Below are positions 1 through 9,053 of a stretch of DNA of 64,000 bases, in pieces. The stretch is from an uncultured Verrucomicrobiae bacterium (lineage in GTDB: Bacteria > Verrucomicrobiota > Verrucomicrobiia > Chthoniobacterales > JAATET01), in assembly GCA_963749035.1 (NCBI GenBank), contig CAVVKW010000004.1, positions 1,657,966 through 1,721,965 on the forward strand, in the 5' to 3' direction. The position numbers and the translations under genes are program-made. The notes under the pieces were generated by a model. The model did no database searches. It was given only the letters and a program-made list of their open reading frames with translations, and was not told the origin of the DNA. How positions within the stretch are numbered: position 1 is the first letter of the stretch; every line of letters starts with the position of its first letter.

Positions 1-143
1 AATTGCCAATGCGCGAAGCGCAACGTCACAACCCCCTCCTTCGCCTTCGGACCCTCGATCGAGAAGACGCGGAGAAGCGCGACGGCGAACGCCAATGCAA
101 GCAGCGCGATTCCTACCCCGTTCATGACCTTCCCGATCTTCAC
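1..143 (-). CDS. 5' end of a gene that runs out of the window: exported or membrane-anchored protein (only the N-terminal signal/anchor is visible)
   Basis: The minus-strand frame from GTG (143-141) reads VKIGKVMNGVGIALLALAFAVALLRVFSIEGPKAKEGVVTLRFAHWQ.., a basic N-region followed by a hydrophobic helix. AGGAGG (rc of 151-156) lies 7 nt upstream of the GTG. The GTG forms a GTGA overlap with the stop of the upstream ORF (140-142). An alternative ATG is at 125. The ORF is absent from the track because it is truncated. Confidence 0.45.
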   Translation of the reverse strand, partial: MKIGKVMNGVGIALLALAFAVALLRVFSIEGPKAKEGVVTLRFAHWQ

Positions 144-1093
144 GATGCGCCCTCCTTTCCTGTCCCAATTTTTCGGAGCCGCGATTCGACCACCGGTCGG
201 CGCACGTCCCTCCGGAAATCTTTCAGAAATTTTTCGTAGAACTTTCGCGCGACGTCATTCCGACCAACTTCATGAGCAAATTCGCCGATTTGAAAGACAA
301 CGTCGCCGCGCGTCTTCGCGTTCGCGATGCCGAGCTTCTCAGCCTGGATGAAATGGCCCAGCGCGGCCGCTTTGTCCCCGGTCACGTATTTCTCCGCGTC
401 GGCCAGCAGCAAGTGGAGGTCCTTGCGAGCCGGACCGTAGGTGATCGCGCCGACCCTCTCGTTCCACCGCTGGATCGCCAGAGCCTGCTCGTCAGCCCGT
501 CCCGTCCAGACCTCGAGCGTCGCGAATTTGACCGAGGCGATGTCGGCCAGGCGGTGGCCGGAATGCGCGTCGATCAGTTGGCGAAACTGACGGCGAGCCT
601 TCGCCAGATCCGGTTTTGCCCGGTGAACCTGCTCCGCTCGAGCCCGCAGATATTCCGCCTCGACGGCGACGTCCTCACCAGAATGCTCGGTCATGATTTT
701 CTCAAACAACTCGATCGCCCGATCCACTCTTCCGTCCGTTTTCGGTTGCAGATTGAGCAGCACTGCCGCCCGACCCAGCAGCATCTGCGGATCATCAACC
801 GACGCTCCCTTCGCTTCGGAGAACCCGGCATGCGCCTCTTCCAACAACTGTTGTGCCGCCGCCCGCCACGGGTCGTCGCCTTCCCTCTGCGCAGGCACCA
901 CTCCGCCCCCGGCAATCAGAACCAACAACGCTCCACCCAAACACCAGTTGGCGCGAACGTCCGTCCGCGCAGTGAGTGCCGACCAACCAAAGGATTCATT
1001 CTTCGGTAAGGCGTTCCCGCGGTCCGCGAGTTTCGCGTGGTGCCTATCCCGCATCGGCGTCACGAGTGGCGGGTTGCGACACGGTGCGGCCAC
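140..1093 (-). CDS. hypothetical membrane-anchored helical-repeat (TPR-like) protein
   Basis: 317-aa ORF with one hydrophobic segment (ANWCLGGALLVLIAGGGVV) followed by a long helical, Ala/Leu/Arg/Glu-rich region. No enzyme motif is recognised. The true start may be the internal Met at 1054. It is translationally coupled (GTGA) to the next gene. Confidence 0.6.
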   Translation of the reverse strand: MAAPCRNPPLVTPMRDRHHAKLADRGNALPKNESFGWSALTARTDVRANWCLGGALLVLIAGGGVVPAQREGDDPWRAAAQQLLEEAHAGFSEAKGASVDDPQMLLGRAAVLLNLQPKTDGRVDRAIELFEKIMTEHSGEDVAVEAEYLRARAEQVHRAKPDLAKARRQFRQLIDAHSGHRLADIASVKFATLEVWTGRADEQALAIQRWNERVGAITYGPARKDLHLLLADAEKYVTGDKAAALGHFIQAEKLGIANAKTRGDVVFQIGEFAHEVGRNDVARKFYEKFLKDFRRDVRRPVVESRLRKIGTGKEGAS

Positions 1094-1349
1094 GGTCGAC
1101 TCCTGCTGACGCCCCCCTCCCGACCCCCGGTCGGTCGTTTCACGTCAACCAAGCCCATCGGCGGAAGCAAGTGGGCGCAGATAGCTTTCGCTGATCGTGC
1201 CCATCGATTTTTAGTTCTCATGGCCTGAGCGGGGGGATGCCCGAACTGTTCCTATATTCTCTACAAAGCTGATAAGTTGTCGAGGTGCGGCCAAGAAACG
1301 GCCTGGATTCCCTATCGGAAAGCGGTTTCGCCATTATCCTCGAAGACTC

Positions 1350-3839
1350 ATGAACAGTTCAGTCCCCCTTCATGCCGGCTGGAGATTTCGGCAGGTCGGC
1401 CAATCGCAGTGGCTCAGTGCCAAAGTTCCCGGTTGCGTCCACACCGATCTCCGCCGACACGAGCTCATCCCAGACCCGTTCTACGCCCGCAACGAGCAAG
1501 AGGTCTTTTGGGTTGAAACGGTCGACTGGGAATACGAACTCGAATTCGACGCCACCGAACTCTTCGCCCGTCATGAACACATCGATCTCGTCGCCGATGG
1601 CCTCGACACCATCGCCACGCTCCGGCTAAACGGAGCAGGACTCGCGCAGACCGATAACATGTTCGTCGGCTGGCGATTTGCGGTAAAGGACCTGTTGAAC
1701 CCGCGGACGAACCGCCTCGAGATTCAATTCAAGAATCCGAACGCTGCGATCGAGTCTCGCGACGCCCGACGTGAGCCAATCCTTTCGGACCACGTCGGCG
1801 GCCGCACGCAGCTTCGCAAGCAGCAGTGCTCGTTCGGCTGGGACTGGGGGCCTCGCCTGGCCACCAGCGGGATCTGGAGACCAATCCGTATGGAAGGCTG
1901 GTCGCTCAACCGCATCGCGGACTTTCACGTCCAGCAACAACACCAAAAAAACAAGTGCGAGGTCACCGTCGACGTCGAACCTCAGCTCGCACGAGAATCG
2001 CCGGTCACCGTCCGGGCCCGCTTGGCACTCGGCGACGCTCTGGTGGCGGAAGCGGAAGAGTCCTCCGGCTCAACTTTGAAACTCGCCGTCGAATCGCCCG
2101 CCCTCTGGTGGCCCAACGGAATGGGCCAACGGCCGATCTACGAATTGACGATCGAGATGCTGGCCGAAGGTGCGATCATCGACACGCGAACGCAGCGTCT
2201 GGGCTTGTGCCAGATCGAGCTCGATCAATCGGCTGACAAGTGGGGCGAGAAGTTTCAGTTCAACGTCAATGGACGCCCGGTGTTTGCGAAAGGTGCGAAC
2301 TGGATTCCCGCTCACAGCTTCGTCAACGAAGGCGAATGCCGAATTCCTGAACTACTCGATTCGGCCGCGGAAGCACACATGAACATGCTGCGCGTCTGGG
2401 GCGGCGGCATCTACGAGTTGGACTCGTTCTACCAAGGGTGCCTCGAGCGCGGGTTACTGGTGTGGCAGGATTTCATGTTTGCCTGCGCGATCTACCCGGG
2501 CGATCGCGAATTTCTGGACCAGGTCCGCCGAGAGATCGAACACCAAGTGCGCCGGCTTCGGAACCACGCTCACATTGCGCTTTGGTGCGGAAACAACGAG
2601 AACGAGCAGATCTTCAAGTCCGCTATCACGGCCAAAAGAAATCTACTCCGCGATTACGAGCGAGTCTTCCTCGATTCGATTCCGAACACGCTCGAACGTC
2701 TCTGTCCCGGAGCGCGCTACATCTCGAGTTCGGAACACAATCCTCACGATCGCTTCGGAGACACCGGCAACCCCGATTCCGGCGACGCCCACTTCTGGGG
2801 AGTCTGGCATCAGCGCCAACCGATCGCTGCCTACGAACGGCAGTTCCACCGTTTCTTTTCGGAATTCGGAATGCAGGCGTATCCCCACGTCGAGACGGCC
2901 CGCACCTTCACCGAAAGCACGAATCTTTTCGCCCCCGAGATGGACAATCACCAGAAGAATGGCGGCGGAAACCAGATTATTCTGCACTACATTTCGGAGC
3001 TCTACCGCTTTCCGAAAGACTACGAATCGACGGTTTACCTTTCGCAGATCATGCAGGCGTTTTGCCTCCGCTTCGGCATCGAGCACATGCGCCGGAACGT
3101 GCCGCGCACAATGGGCGCGCTCTATTGGCAGCTGAACGACTGCTGGCCGACCGCCTCGTGGTCGAGCATCGACTTCGGCGGCCGTTGGAAGGCCCTTCAC
3201 CACGCCGCGCGTCGATTCTTCGCGCCGACGTTGGTCTCGGTGAAGTGGATCGGCGAGGAAGTGATGCACACCAGCACGAACACCGTTCTGAGCACGGTCG
3301 ACGGGCTGGAAATCCACACGGTTTACGACGGAGTCGGGAACGTCGACGGTGAACTGGAATGGAAGCTCTGGGCACTCAGCCGGAACGAGGTGGTCGACGA
3401 GGGATCGATGCCCGTAAAGCTAAAGCCCGGTCAGGCCGCCGTCCGCCGACGCCTGAAGCTGGAAAAACACGTTGCGGGTTACGGGCGCACCGATCTCGTT
3501 CTGCGGTCCCGGCTCTCCGCTGATGGTTACGAAGACAGCGTCAACACGACGTTCATGACGAGCCCGCGCAACGTCGATTTTCCAACGTCCACGATTCGCA
3601 GCGAGGTTCGGAAAACGAGCAACCGCACCTTCGACCTGACGCTCACCACGGACGCCCTCGCTTATCAGATCTACGTCAATCTCGGAGACGCCCTGGCGCA
3701 CAAAATCTCCGACAACTTCTTCGACGTGTTCCCGGGAGAGGAGAAGTGCGTCACCCTCGAAGTATCGGAACCCCGTACCGTCGGAGAGATCCGGAAACTG
3801 CTGAAAGTTATCAGCTACCGAGACAGCTATGACGACTAA
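1350..3839 (+). CDS. GH2 beta-mannosidase (no signal peptide, likely cytoplasmic)
   Basis: 829 aa. The N-terminus GWRFRQ..WLSAKVPGCVHTDLRRHELIPDPFYARNEQEVFWVE is the classic beta-mannosidase opening. NMLRVWGGGIYE and the WCGNNENE acid/base region are present. Confidence 0.9.
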   Translation: MNSSVPLHAGWRFRQVGQSQWLSAKVPGCVHTDLRRHELIPDPFYARNEQEVFWVETVDWEYELEFDATELFARHEHIDLVADGLDTIATLRLNGAGLAQTDNMFVGWRFAVKDLLNPRTNRLEIQFKNPNAAIESRDARREPILSDHVGGRTQLRKQQCSFGWDWGPRLATSGIWRPIRMEGWSLNRIADFHVQQQHQKNKCEVTVDVEPQLARESPVTVRARLALGDALVAEAEESSGSTLKLAVESPALWWPNGMGQRPIYELTIEMLAEGAIIDTRTQRLGLCQIELDQSADKWGEKFQFNVNGRPVFAKGANWIPAHSFVNEGECRIPELLDSAAEAHMNMLRVWGGGIYELDSFYQGCLERGLLVWQDFMFACAIYPGDREFLDQVRREIEHQVRRLRNHAHIALWCGNNENEQIFKSAITAKRNLLRDYERVFLDSIPNTLERLCPGARYISSSEHNPHDRFGDTGNPDSGDAHFWGVWHQRQPIAAYERQFHRFFSEFGMQAYPHVETARTFTESTNLFAPEMDNHQKNGGGNQIILHYISELYRFPKDYESTVYLSQIMQAFCLRFGIEHMRRNVPRTMGALYWQLNDCWPTASWSSIDFGGRWKALHHAARRFFAPTLVSVKWIGEEVMHTSTNTVLSTVDGLEIHTVYDGVGNVDGELEWKLWALSRNEVVDEGSMPVKLKPGQAAVRRRLKLEKHVAGYGRTDLVLRSRLSADGYEDSVNTTFMTSPRNVDFPTSTIRSEVRKTSNRTFDLTLTTDALAYQIYVNLGDALAHKISDNFFDVFPGEEKCVTLEVSEPRTVGEIRKLLKVISYRDSYDD

Positions 3840-3867
3840 GGCGTTCAGCCGAGATCGGCCGGAAGTC

Positions 3868-5352
3868 TTAGAGCCATTTTTTCGAATACTCCCCGAGTCG
3901 CATCACGACGGTCTTCGTCTCGGTAAATTCCTCGACGCTGTGCGGACCGAGCTCGCGACCGAGGCCGGATTGCTTATACCCACCGAATGGCAATTCCGGA
4001 GATCCGTCGAGGAAGGTGTTGATCCAGACCGTGCCCGCCTTCAGCAATCGCGTCAGCCGGATCGCGCGATCGGCGTTCGTCGTCCACACGCTGGCGCTCA
4101 GGCCGTAGTCGGTTCCATTTGCGATCTTCAGAGCTTCGCTCTCATCCTTGAAGCGGAGAACCGTGAGCACCGGACCGAAGATCTCCGCGGTCGCGGCGGC
4201 CATGTTCGAAGTCACCCCGTCGATCACCGTGGTCTCAACAAACCGTCCCGTGCCGCACCTCAGCTCTCCTCCTCCAAGCGACACCTTGGCCCCGTCCTTC
4301 CGGGCGTCTTCGACGTGACCAAGGATCTTCTCCTGTTGTTTGTCGTTGATGATCGCGCCGAGCTTGACGTTCTCGTCGAGCGGGTCGCCCACGGGAATGG
4401 TCCGACTCGCCTCGACGACGCGCTTCACGAGCTCATCGGCGATTGATTCTTCGACCAGAATGCGGCTCCCGCTGTTACAGCATTCGCCCATGTTGAAAAA
4501 CACACCGTGCACGACGGAATCCACGACGGCGTCCATCTCCGCGTCGGCGAAAATGAGCTGCGGATTTTTGCCACCAAGTTCGAGCGCGACCTTCTTCAGC
4601 GTCGATCCCGCCGATTCGGCAATCTTCTTTCCGACCGCCGTCGATCCCGTGAAGGAGACGAAGTCGACTTCGGCACTCTCGACCATGGCCGATCCCACCG
4701 GGTCCCCGTAGCCGGTAACGACGTTGCAAACACCGTCTGGCAGTCCAGCTTCCTTGAGCAATTCAGCGAGCCGCAGCGTCGTGCCACTTGTCAGCTCACT
4801 CGGTTTGACGACACAGGTGCAGCCGGCGGCCAGAGCGAAAGGGATCTTCTGGCTGGCAATCAGAATCGGGAAATTCCAAGGCGTGATGAGCGCACAAACC
4901 CCGATCGGCTCCCGCAACGTCAGTCCAAGCATGCCGTCTCCGAGCGTGTTGGTCGTCTCACCGTGCAAATGACGGCAAAGTGCCGCGGCGTAATCCCAGA
5001 TCCCGGCGGCCCAGTCCATTTCGTCTCGCGCCTGGGCGATCGGCTTGCCGCTCTCGAGGCATTCGATCAGGCCCAGCTCCAGTTTGTTGGCTCGGATCAG
5101 GTCGGCGGTTTTCTGAAGAATGGTCTGCCGCTCCGCTCCGCTCGTCGACGGCCACGGACCTTCGTCGAACGCTCGTCGCGCCGCCGCAATCGCTGCGCTC
5201 ACGTCAGCCGCCGTTCCCTCGGCGTAGGTGCTGACCACGGTGTCGACGTGACCCGGGCTGGTGCGCTCGATGCGTCCAACGGACTCGCCGTTCGTCGTTT
5301 GTCCGTTGATGAAGTGTTGGTAGTCGGTCGCGGATTCGGGGAGTTTATTCAT
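3868..5352 (-). CDS. NAD(P)-dependent aldehyde dehydrogenase
   Basis: 494 aa. ALDH signatures are present: FTGSTAVGKKI, ELGGKNP (catalytic Glu), GECCNSGSR (catalytic Cys), EIFGPV and PFGGYKQSG. Its start overlaps the stop of the upstream CoA-transferase gene by 8 nt. Confidence 0.92.
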   Translation of the reverse strand: MNKLPESATDYQHFINGQTTNGESVGRIERTSPGHVDTVVSTYAEGTAADVSAAIAAARRAFDEGPWPSTSGAERQTILQKTADLIRANKLELGLIECLESGKPIAQARDEMDWAAGIWDYAAALCRHLHGETTNTLGDGMLGLTLREPIGVCALITPWNFPILIASQKIPFALAAGCTCVVKPSELTSGTTLRLAELLKEAGLPDGVCNVVTGYGDPVGSAMVESAEVDFVSFTGSTAVGKKIAESAGSTLKKVALELGGKNPQLIFADAEMDAVVDSVVHGVFFNMGECCNSGSRILVEESIADELVKRVVEASRTIPVGDPLDENVKLGAIINDKQQEKILGHVEDARKDGAKVSLGGGELRCGTGRFVETTVIDGVTSNMAAATAEIFGPVLTVLRFKDESEALKIANGTDYGLSASVWTTNADRAIRLTRLLKAGTVWINTFLDGSPELPFGGYKQSGLGRELGPHSVEEFTETKTVVMRLGEYSKKWL

Positions 5353-6586
5353 AAGACGGTCGGGAGGAGATTAGAGGAGTGAGGTTCAGGACAGTATGCG
5401 CTCTTCGAACATTCGGTCGATCTCTTCGGACGGAATAACCAAGTTCGGAGGCAATGGTTCGCGAATGTTCTCCGAGACCGGGAGGCGGCTGCCTGACGGT
5501 GGCCGGGGTGGAGTGAAGTCGCATCGGCGTTCCGAGCATCTTCATCGGACCCACACTCGGGACGTCCATCTCCACGACCATCTTGTTGGCTGCGATCTGA
5601 GGATCGTGCATTGCCTCGCGGAAACTCCGGACTCTCGCGCAGAACACTCCGTTCGCCTCGAGGTCGGTGATCCATTCCTCCGTCTTGCGCTCCACGAAGC
5701 GGGCTGCCAGCAACTCATTCAAGGCGTCCCGATTCTCGATCTGAAGAGACTCCGTCGAAAACTCGGGCTGCTGCGAAAGGTCGCCGAGATCGAGTGCCGT
5801 CGAGATGTCGCGCAATGAGTTGTCGGAGAACACGGGGGAAACTTCGATGTAGCCGTCGGCGGTCGCGAACGCCTTGTTGATCGCTGCTTCGGTGCCTCCC
5901 ACGGCCGCCGGCGCGTCGATCTTCTCGCGGTTGAGTTCGGATGCTCCCTCCCAAGCGTGAGCGTGGAACGCGACGCTCAGCAGATCCGTGGAAACGAACT
6001 GCCCACGACCCGTCTGGTGACGGTTCTGAAGCGCGATGAGGATTCCGATCATCAGATTGAGGCCCGCGGGGTAATCCACGCTGATGCCACCGGGGATCGG
6101 CGCCTTTGCCGGGTCGGGCTGGATGAACCAACCACCCTCGGCTCTCGCCATCATGTCGTGTCCCCCGCGACCGCTGTCGGCGTAGGGACCATGATCGCCC
6201 CAGCCACTACTCCAGGCGTAAACGAGGCGCGGATTGACCTCCGCCATGGCCTCGTATCCGAACCCCAGTTTCTCCATCACGCCCTTGCGAAAGTTGTGAA
6301 CCACGATGTCTGCCTGCTCGACGAGTTTCCGAATGAGGGCTTTGCCGTCCTCCGATTTCATGTTCACCGCGAGCGACCGCTTGTTGCGGTTGAGATTGGC
6401 AAACGGAAGGGAGACTCCGCCGGCGAACGGACCCCACGCGCGACTCCAGTCTCCCGAGCCGGGACGCTCGACCTTGATGACGTCCGCTCCGTAGTCGGCG
6501 AGAAGCTGCGTTCCCACGGGCCCTTGATAGACGTGGCTAAAATCGAGAACGCGCAGACCTTCGAGCGCTTGCTGGGGTTGGTTCAT
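5345..6586 (-). CDS. family III CoA-transferase (CaiB/BaiF-like)
   Basis: From the internal ATG at 6586 the protein reads MNQPQQALEGLRVLDFSHVYQGPVGTQLLADYGADVIKVERPG, the typical CoA_transf_3 N-terminus. The longer tracked ORF (to 6850) would overlap the crotonase gene and has a junk-like N-terminus. Confidence 0.85.
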   Translation of the reverse strand: MNQPQQALEGLRVLDFSHVYQGPVGTQLLADYGADVIKVERPGSGDWSRAWGPFAGGVSLPFANLNRNKRSLAVNMKSEDGKALIRKLVEQADIVVHNFRKGVMEKLGFGYEAMAEVNPRLVYAWSSGWGDHGPYADSGRGGHDMMARAEGGWFIQPDPAKAPIPGGISVDYPAGLNLMIGILIALQNRHQTGRGQFVSTDLLSVAFHAHAWEGASELNREKIDAPAAVGGTEAAINKAFATADGYIEVSPVFSDNSLRDISTALDLGDLSQQPEFSTESLQIENRDALNELLAARFVERKTEEWITDLEANGVFCARVRSFREAMHDPQIAANKMVVEMDVPSVGPMKMLGTPMRLHSTPATVRQPPPGLGEHSRTIASELGYSVRRDRPNVRRAHTVLNLTPLISSRPSYE

Positions 6587-6596
6587 GAGATCGAAG

Positions 6597-7400
6597 TTAC
6601 TTTCGGCGGTTGAGGAACGCCTCGAGGCGCTCGAGAGTTTCGGAATCCAACAAGCATCCGCGGGATTGGAGGGCTTCGGCGGCGGCGTTCCGCTCCCGTT
6701 CGCCGCAATCTTTGGCGGCAAGGAGCTTTTTGAACGTTGCCAAGGCGTATCGGCTGTTGCCCCCGATCGCTTCGAGGGTCGCCGCCATCTCCCGTTCCAA
6801 TTCTTCCGTCGTTCCAGAAAAATCAACCAGACCGCACCTTTCCGCCTCACCTCCGTTCAGAACGCGTCCCGTAAAGAAGAGCTTTTTGGCGGTGGAAACG
6901 CCGACCCGGTCGGCCAATCGCCGACACCCTCCCCAGCCGGGAATGAAACCCAGCTTCGCTTCCGTCTGCCCAAGCCGCGCCGTCTCCGCGGCAAAGATCA
7001 AATCGCAGGACATGGCGAGCTCGAGTCCGCCTCCCATTGCAAATCCATCCACTCGCGCGATCACCGGACACGGCAGGTCTTCGAGCCGATTCAAAACCCG
7101 GTGACCCAGCATCACCCAAGGCACGATCGAATCCGCGTCCGTATTCTTCAACACCTCGAGGTTCGCACCGACGCAGAAATACTTGTCTGAAGCACTCCGA
7201 ACGACCACTGCCCGGCACGCGTTCGCCTCCAAATCCGTGATGGCCGCCTCGAGCTCCTCCAAGACCGAAACGTCAAGGGTCGGCGGTTTGCCCGGTGGGG
7301 GCACGAGCGTCAAATACCCCACTCCCTCGCTGAATTCGACGCCAACGATCGTTCGGGCAAGCGCTGAGGAAGCGGAAGTGGCTGGTGATGATTCGGGCAC
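6597..7400 (-). CDS. enoyl-CoA hydratase/isomerase (crotonase) family protein
   Basis: 267 aa. It carries VVVRSASDKYFCVGANL, ARVDGFAMGGGLELAMSCDLIFAAETARLGQTEAKLGFIPGWGG (crotonase oxyanion-hole and active-site region). The start codon is GTG at 7400. Confidence 0.88.
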   Translation of the reverse strand: MPESSPATSASSALARTIVGVEFSEGVGYLTLVPPPGKPPTLDVSVLEELEAAITDLEANACRAVVVRSASDKYFCVGANLEVLKNTDADSIVPWVMLGHRVLNRLEDLPCPVIARVDGFAMGGGLELAMSCDLIFAAETARLGQTEAKLGFIPGWGGCRRLADRVGVSTAKKLFFTGRVLNGGEAERCGLVDFSGTTEELEREMAATLEAIGGNSRYALATFKKLLAAKDCGERERNAAAEALQSRGCLLDSETLERLEAFLNRRK

Positions 7401-7434
7401 GGAAGTGAGGGAAACGTCGCGATCTTTCGCTGGA

Positions 7435-7481
7435 CCGCAGAATTGACATCATTCCGCGTTCGCCGCAGGATTGTCAACAAT
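7435..7481. promoter_or_regulatory. two copies of a 19-nt element (ccgcagRattgWcaWcaWt) that each contain a 12-bp palindrome; candidate GntR operators
   Basis: R1 is 7435-7453 (core ATTGACATCATT, one mismatch from perfect). R2 is 7463-7481 (core ATTGTCAACAAT, perfect ATTGT-CA-ACAAT). The copies match at 15/19 positions and are offset by 28 nt. They sit in the 95-bp gap between the divergent crotonase operon and gntR. R1 overlaps a TTGACA hexamer (7443-7448). The cores fit the generic GntR GT-N-AC operator pattern. Confidence 0.5.
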
Positions 7482-7495
7482 CAACATTTCACAAG

Positions 7496-8089
7496 ATGAT
7501 CACGACACCCAAGGACCAGATCACTGATTCGCTACGAGGGCGCATTCTCGCCCGCGAGCTCGGTCCGGGCCACCGGGTGAAGGAGGAAGCACTCGCCGTC
7601 GAATTTGGCGTCGGTCGCGGACCGATCCGAGACGTTGTCCTTCGACTCAGCAAGGAAGGCTACCTTCTCGCCCATCCAAACAAGGGCGCGTCGGTGAACG
7701 CGCTGCCAAATTCTGACGTCCGCTCGCTGTTCCTCCACACCCGTCGGGATCTCGAAATTTTGGCGTTGCGGAAGGGTTTTCCCACCTGGAAGCTCGACGA
7801 CCTTCCCAAGCTCGACCGCATCCTTCGCGAGTTCCGCGTCGCCGCAGAAATGAACGATCTGGCCGAGGTCATCCGACACGACGTGGCGTTCCATCGATTT
7901 ATCGTCGAACGCTATCCGGGCAACGGGCTGAGCATCCTCTGGCTTCCGTTGATGACGACGCTCGCGCTCCCCTACTCGCGCCACGCGAATCTGCTGGAGA
8001 GCCACGCCGAACACGTGGCGATCTACCAGTCGCTCGCCGACGGCGACGCGCGGGCCGCGGCCGCACTTTTGAAACAGCACATTCAGTAA
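7496..8089 (+). CDS. GntR-family transcriptional regulator (FadR/FCD subfamily)
   Basis: 197 aa. The N-terminal winged HTH reads LRGRILARELGPGHRVKEEALAVEFGVGRGPIRDVVLRLSKEGYL. The C-terminal region is helical and FCD-like (HDVAFHRFIVERYPGNG). Confidence 0.88.
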   Translation: MITTPKDQITDSLRGRILARELGPGHRVKEEALAVEFGVGRGPIRDVVLRLSKEGYLLAHPNKGASVNALPNSDVRSLFLHTRRDLEILALRKGFPTWKLDDLPKLDRILREFRVAAEMNDLAEVIRHDVAFHRFIVERYPGNGLSILWLPLMTTLALPYSRHANLLESHAEHVAIYQSLADGDARAAAALLKQHIQ

Positions 8090-8093
8090 TCGG

Positions 8094-8975
8094 ATGTCCG
8101 TCCTGTATGCGATCATCACCGTTTTGGCCTGGGGCTTCTGGCTGGTGCCTTCGCAGCGAGTGACTTTCGCGAACGAGCGCATCCGGACGGCTTACGTGGC
8201 TCTGGCAAACTTGCTCCTCGTCGCTGGCGTCTTCGCCTTCCGCGGGGGCGGTGAAGTCGACGGAGTCGCCTGGCTCCTGTCGTTCGGCGGAGGACTGGTG
8301 TGGTGCGGCGGCTGCTGGGCTGCGTTCACGTCCACGCGGCGTATTGGCATCGCTCGCGCCATGGCCCTCTGGGCACCGATCAACATTCTCACCGCCTGTG
8401 GGTGGGGAGCTCTGCTTTTCGGCGAATTCCTCGACTGGCCGCTCCGGGACCAAGGCCTTCTGGCTTTGGGCCTGTTTTTCCTCTCGGCGGGGATTCTTCT
8501 CATTGTCTCATCGAACGACAAATCGGGCGCTGCCCCGCCGAGCCGGTTGTCTGGACTCCTGCTTGCAGTCGTCGCGGGTGTTCTTTGGGGCACCTACTTC
8601 ATCCCGCTCCAAGCGTCCGGCATTGATGTCTGGACCGGCATGCTTCCTCTCGCTCTAGGAATCGCCTTCGGCGCCCTGCTCGGACTCGGCCGCGACTGGT
8701 CGTCCCTGCGCCTGCCGAGGCCGAGCGACTACACCGGCGCCTTGGGATCGGGGTTGCTCTGGAGTCTTGGTAACGTCACGTCACTACTCCTCATGTCTGC
8801 GATTGGGACTGGCCGCGGATTCACGATCGCGCAGCTCTGCATCGTCGTGAACGCCCTCGCTGGCATCTACCTTCTCGGGCAGCCCGCCAGCGGAAGCCGA
8901 GCTGCGAAACTCACGCTAACGGGCAGCGCCGTCGGCATCCTCGGCGGCGCCATCGTCGGTAATCTGCGGAGCTAA
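8094..8975 (+). CDS. GRP-family sugar transporter (GlcU/RbsU-like), 10-TM
   Basis: 293 aa and highly hydrophobic. The C-terminal half resembles GlcU (GLLWSLGNVTSLLLMSAIGTGRGFTIAQLCIVVNALAGIYLLGQ ... GAIVGNLRS). It starts 4 nt after the gntR stop. Confidence 0.7.
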   Translation: MSVLYAIITVLAWGFWLVPSQRVTFANERIRTAYVALANLLLVAGVFAFRGGGEVDGVAWLLSFGGGLVWCGGCWAAFTSTRRIGIARAMALWAPINILTACGWGALLFGEFLDWPLRDQGLLALGLFFLSAGILLIVSSNDKSGAAPPSRLSGLLLAVVAGVLWGTYFIPLQASGIDVWTGMLPLALGIAFGALLGLGRDWSSLRLPRPSDYTGALGSGLLWSLGNVTSLLLMSAIGTGRGFTIAQLCIVVNALAGIYLLGQPASGSRAAKLTLTGSAVGILGGAIVGNLRS

Positions 8976-9053
8976 CGATTCCCCCCTCGCAACGGCCCTT
9001 CTACTCAGACCTACAATCAACTAAGCAAGTCCCCGTTCCCACCAATCACTGCC

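Noticed and set aside
272-1009. 245-aa plus-strand ORF antisense to the TPR-like gene
   Set aside because: Its composition is Arg/Pro/Ser-rich and low in complexity, as expected for off-frame reading of GC-rich coding DNA. No motif is present. It lies fully inside a better-supported gene.
3840-3867. GCCGA-GA-TCGGC palindrome in the 28-nt convergent gap between the beta-mannosidase and ALDH genes as a bidirectional terminator
   Set aside because: A 5-bp stem with a 2-nt loop is sterically implausible as a hairpin, and there is no U-tract.
6587-6850. N-terminal 88 codons of tracked ORF 5345-6850
   Set aside because: They would overlap the crotonase gene in another frame. The region translates to Arg/Ser/Pro junk, and the canonical CoA-transferase N-terminus begins at the ATG at 6586.
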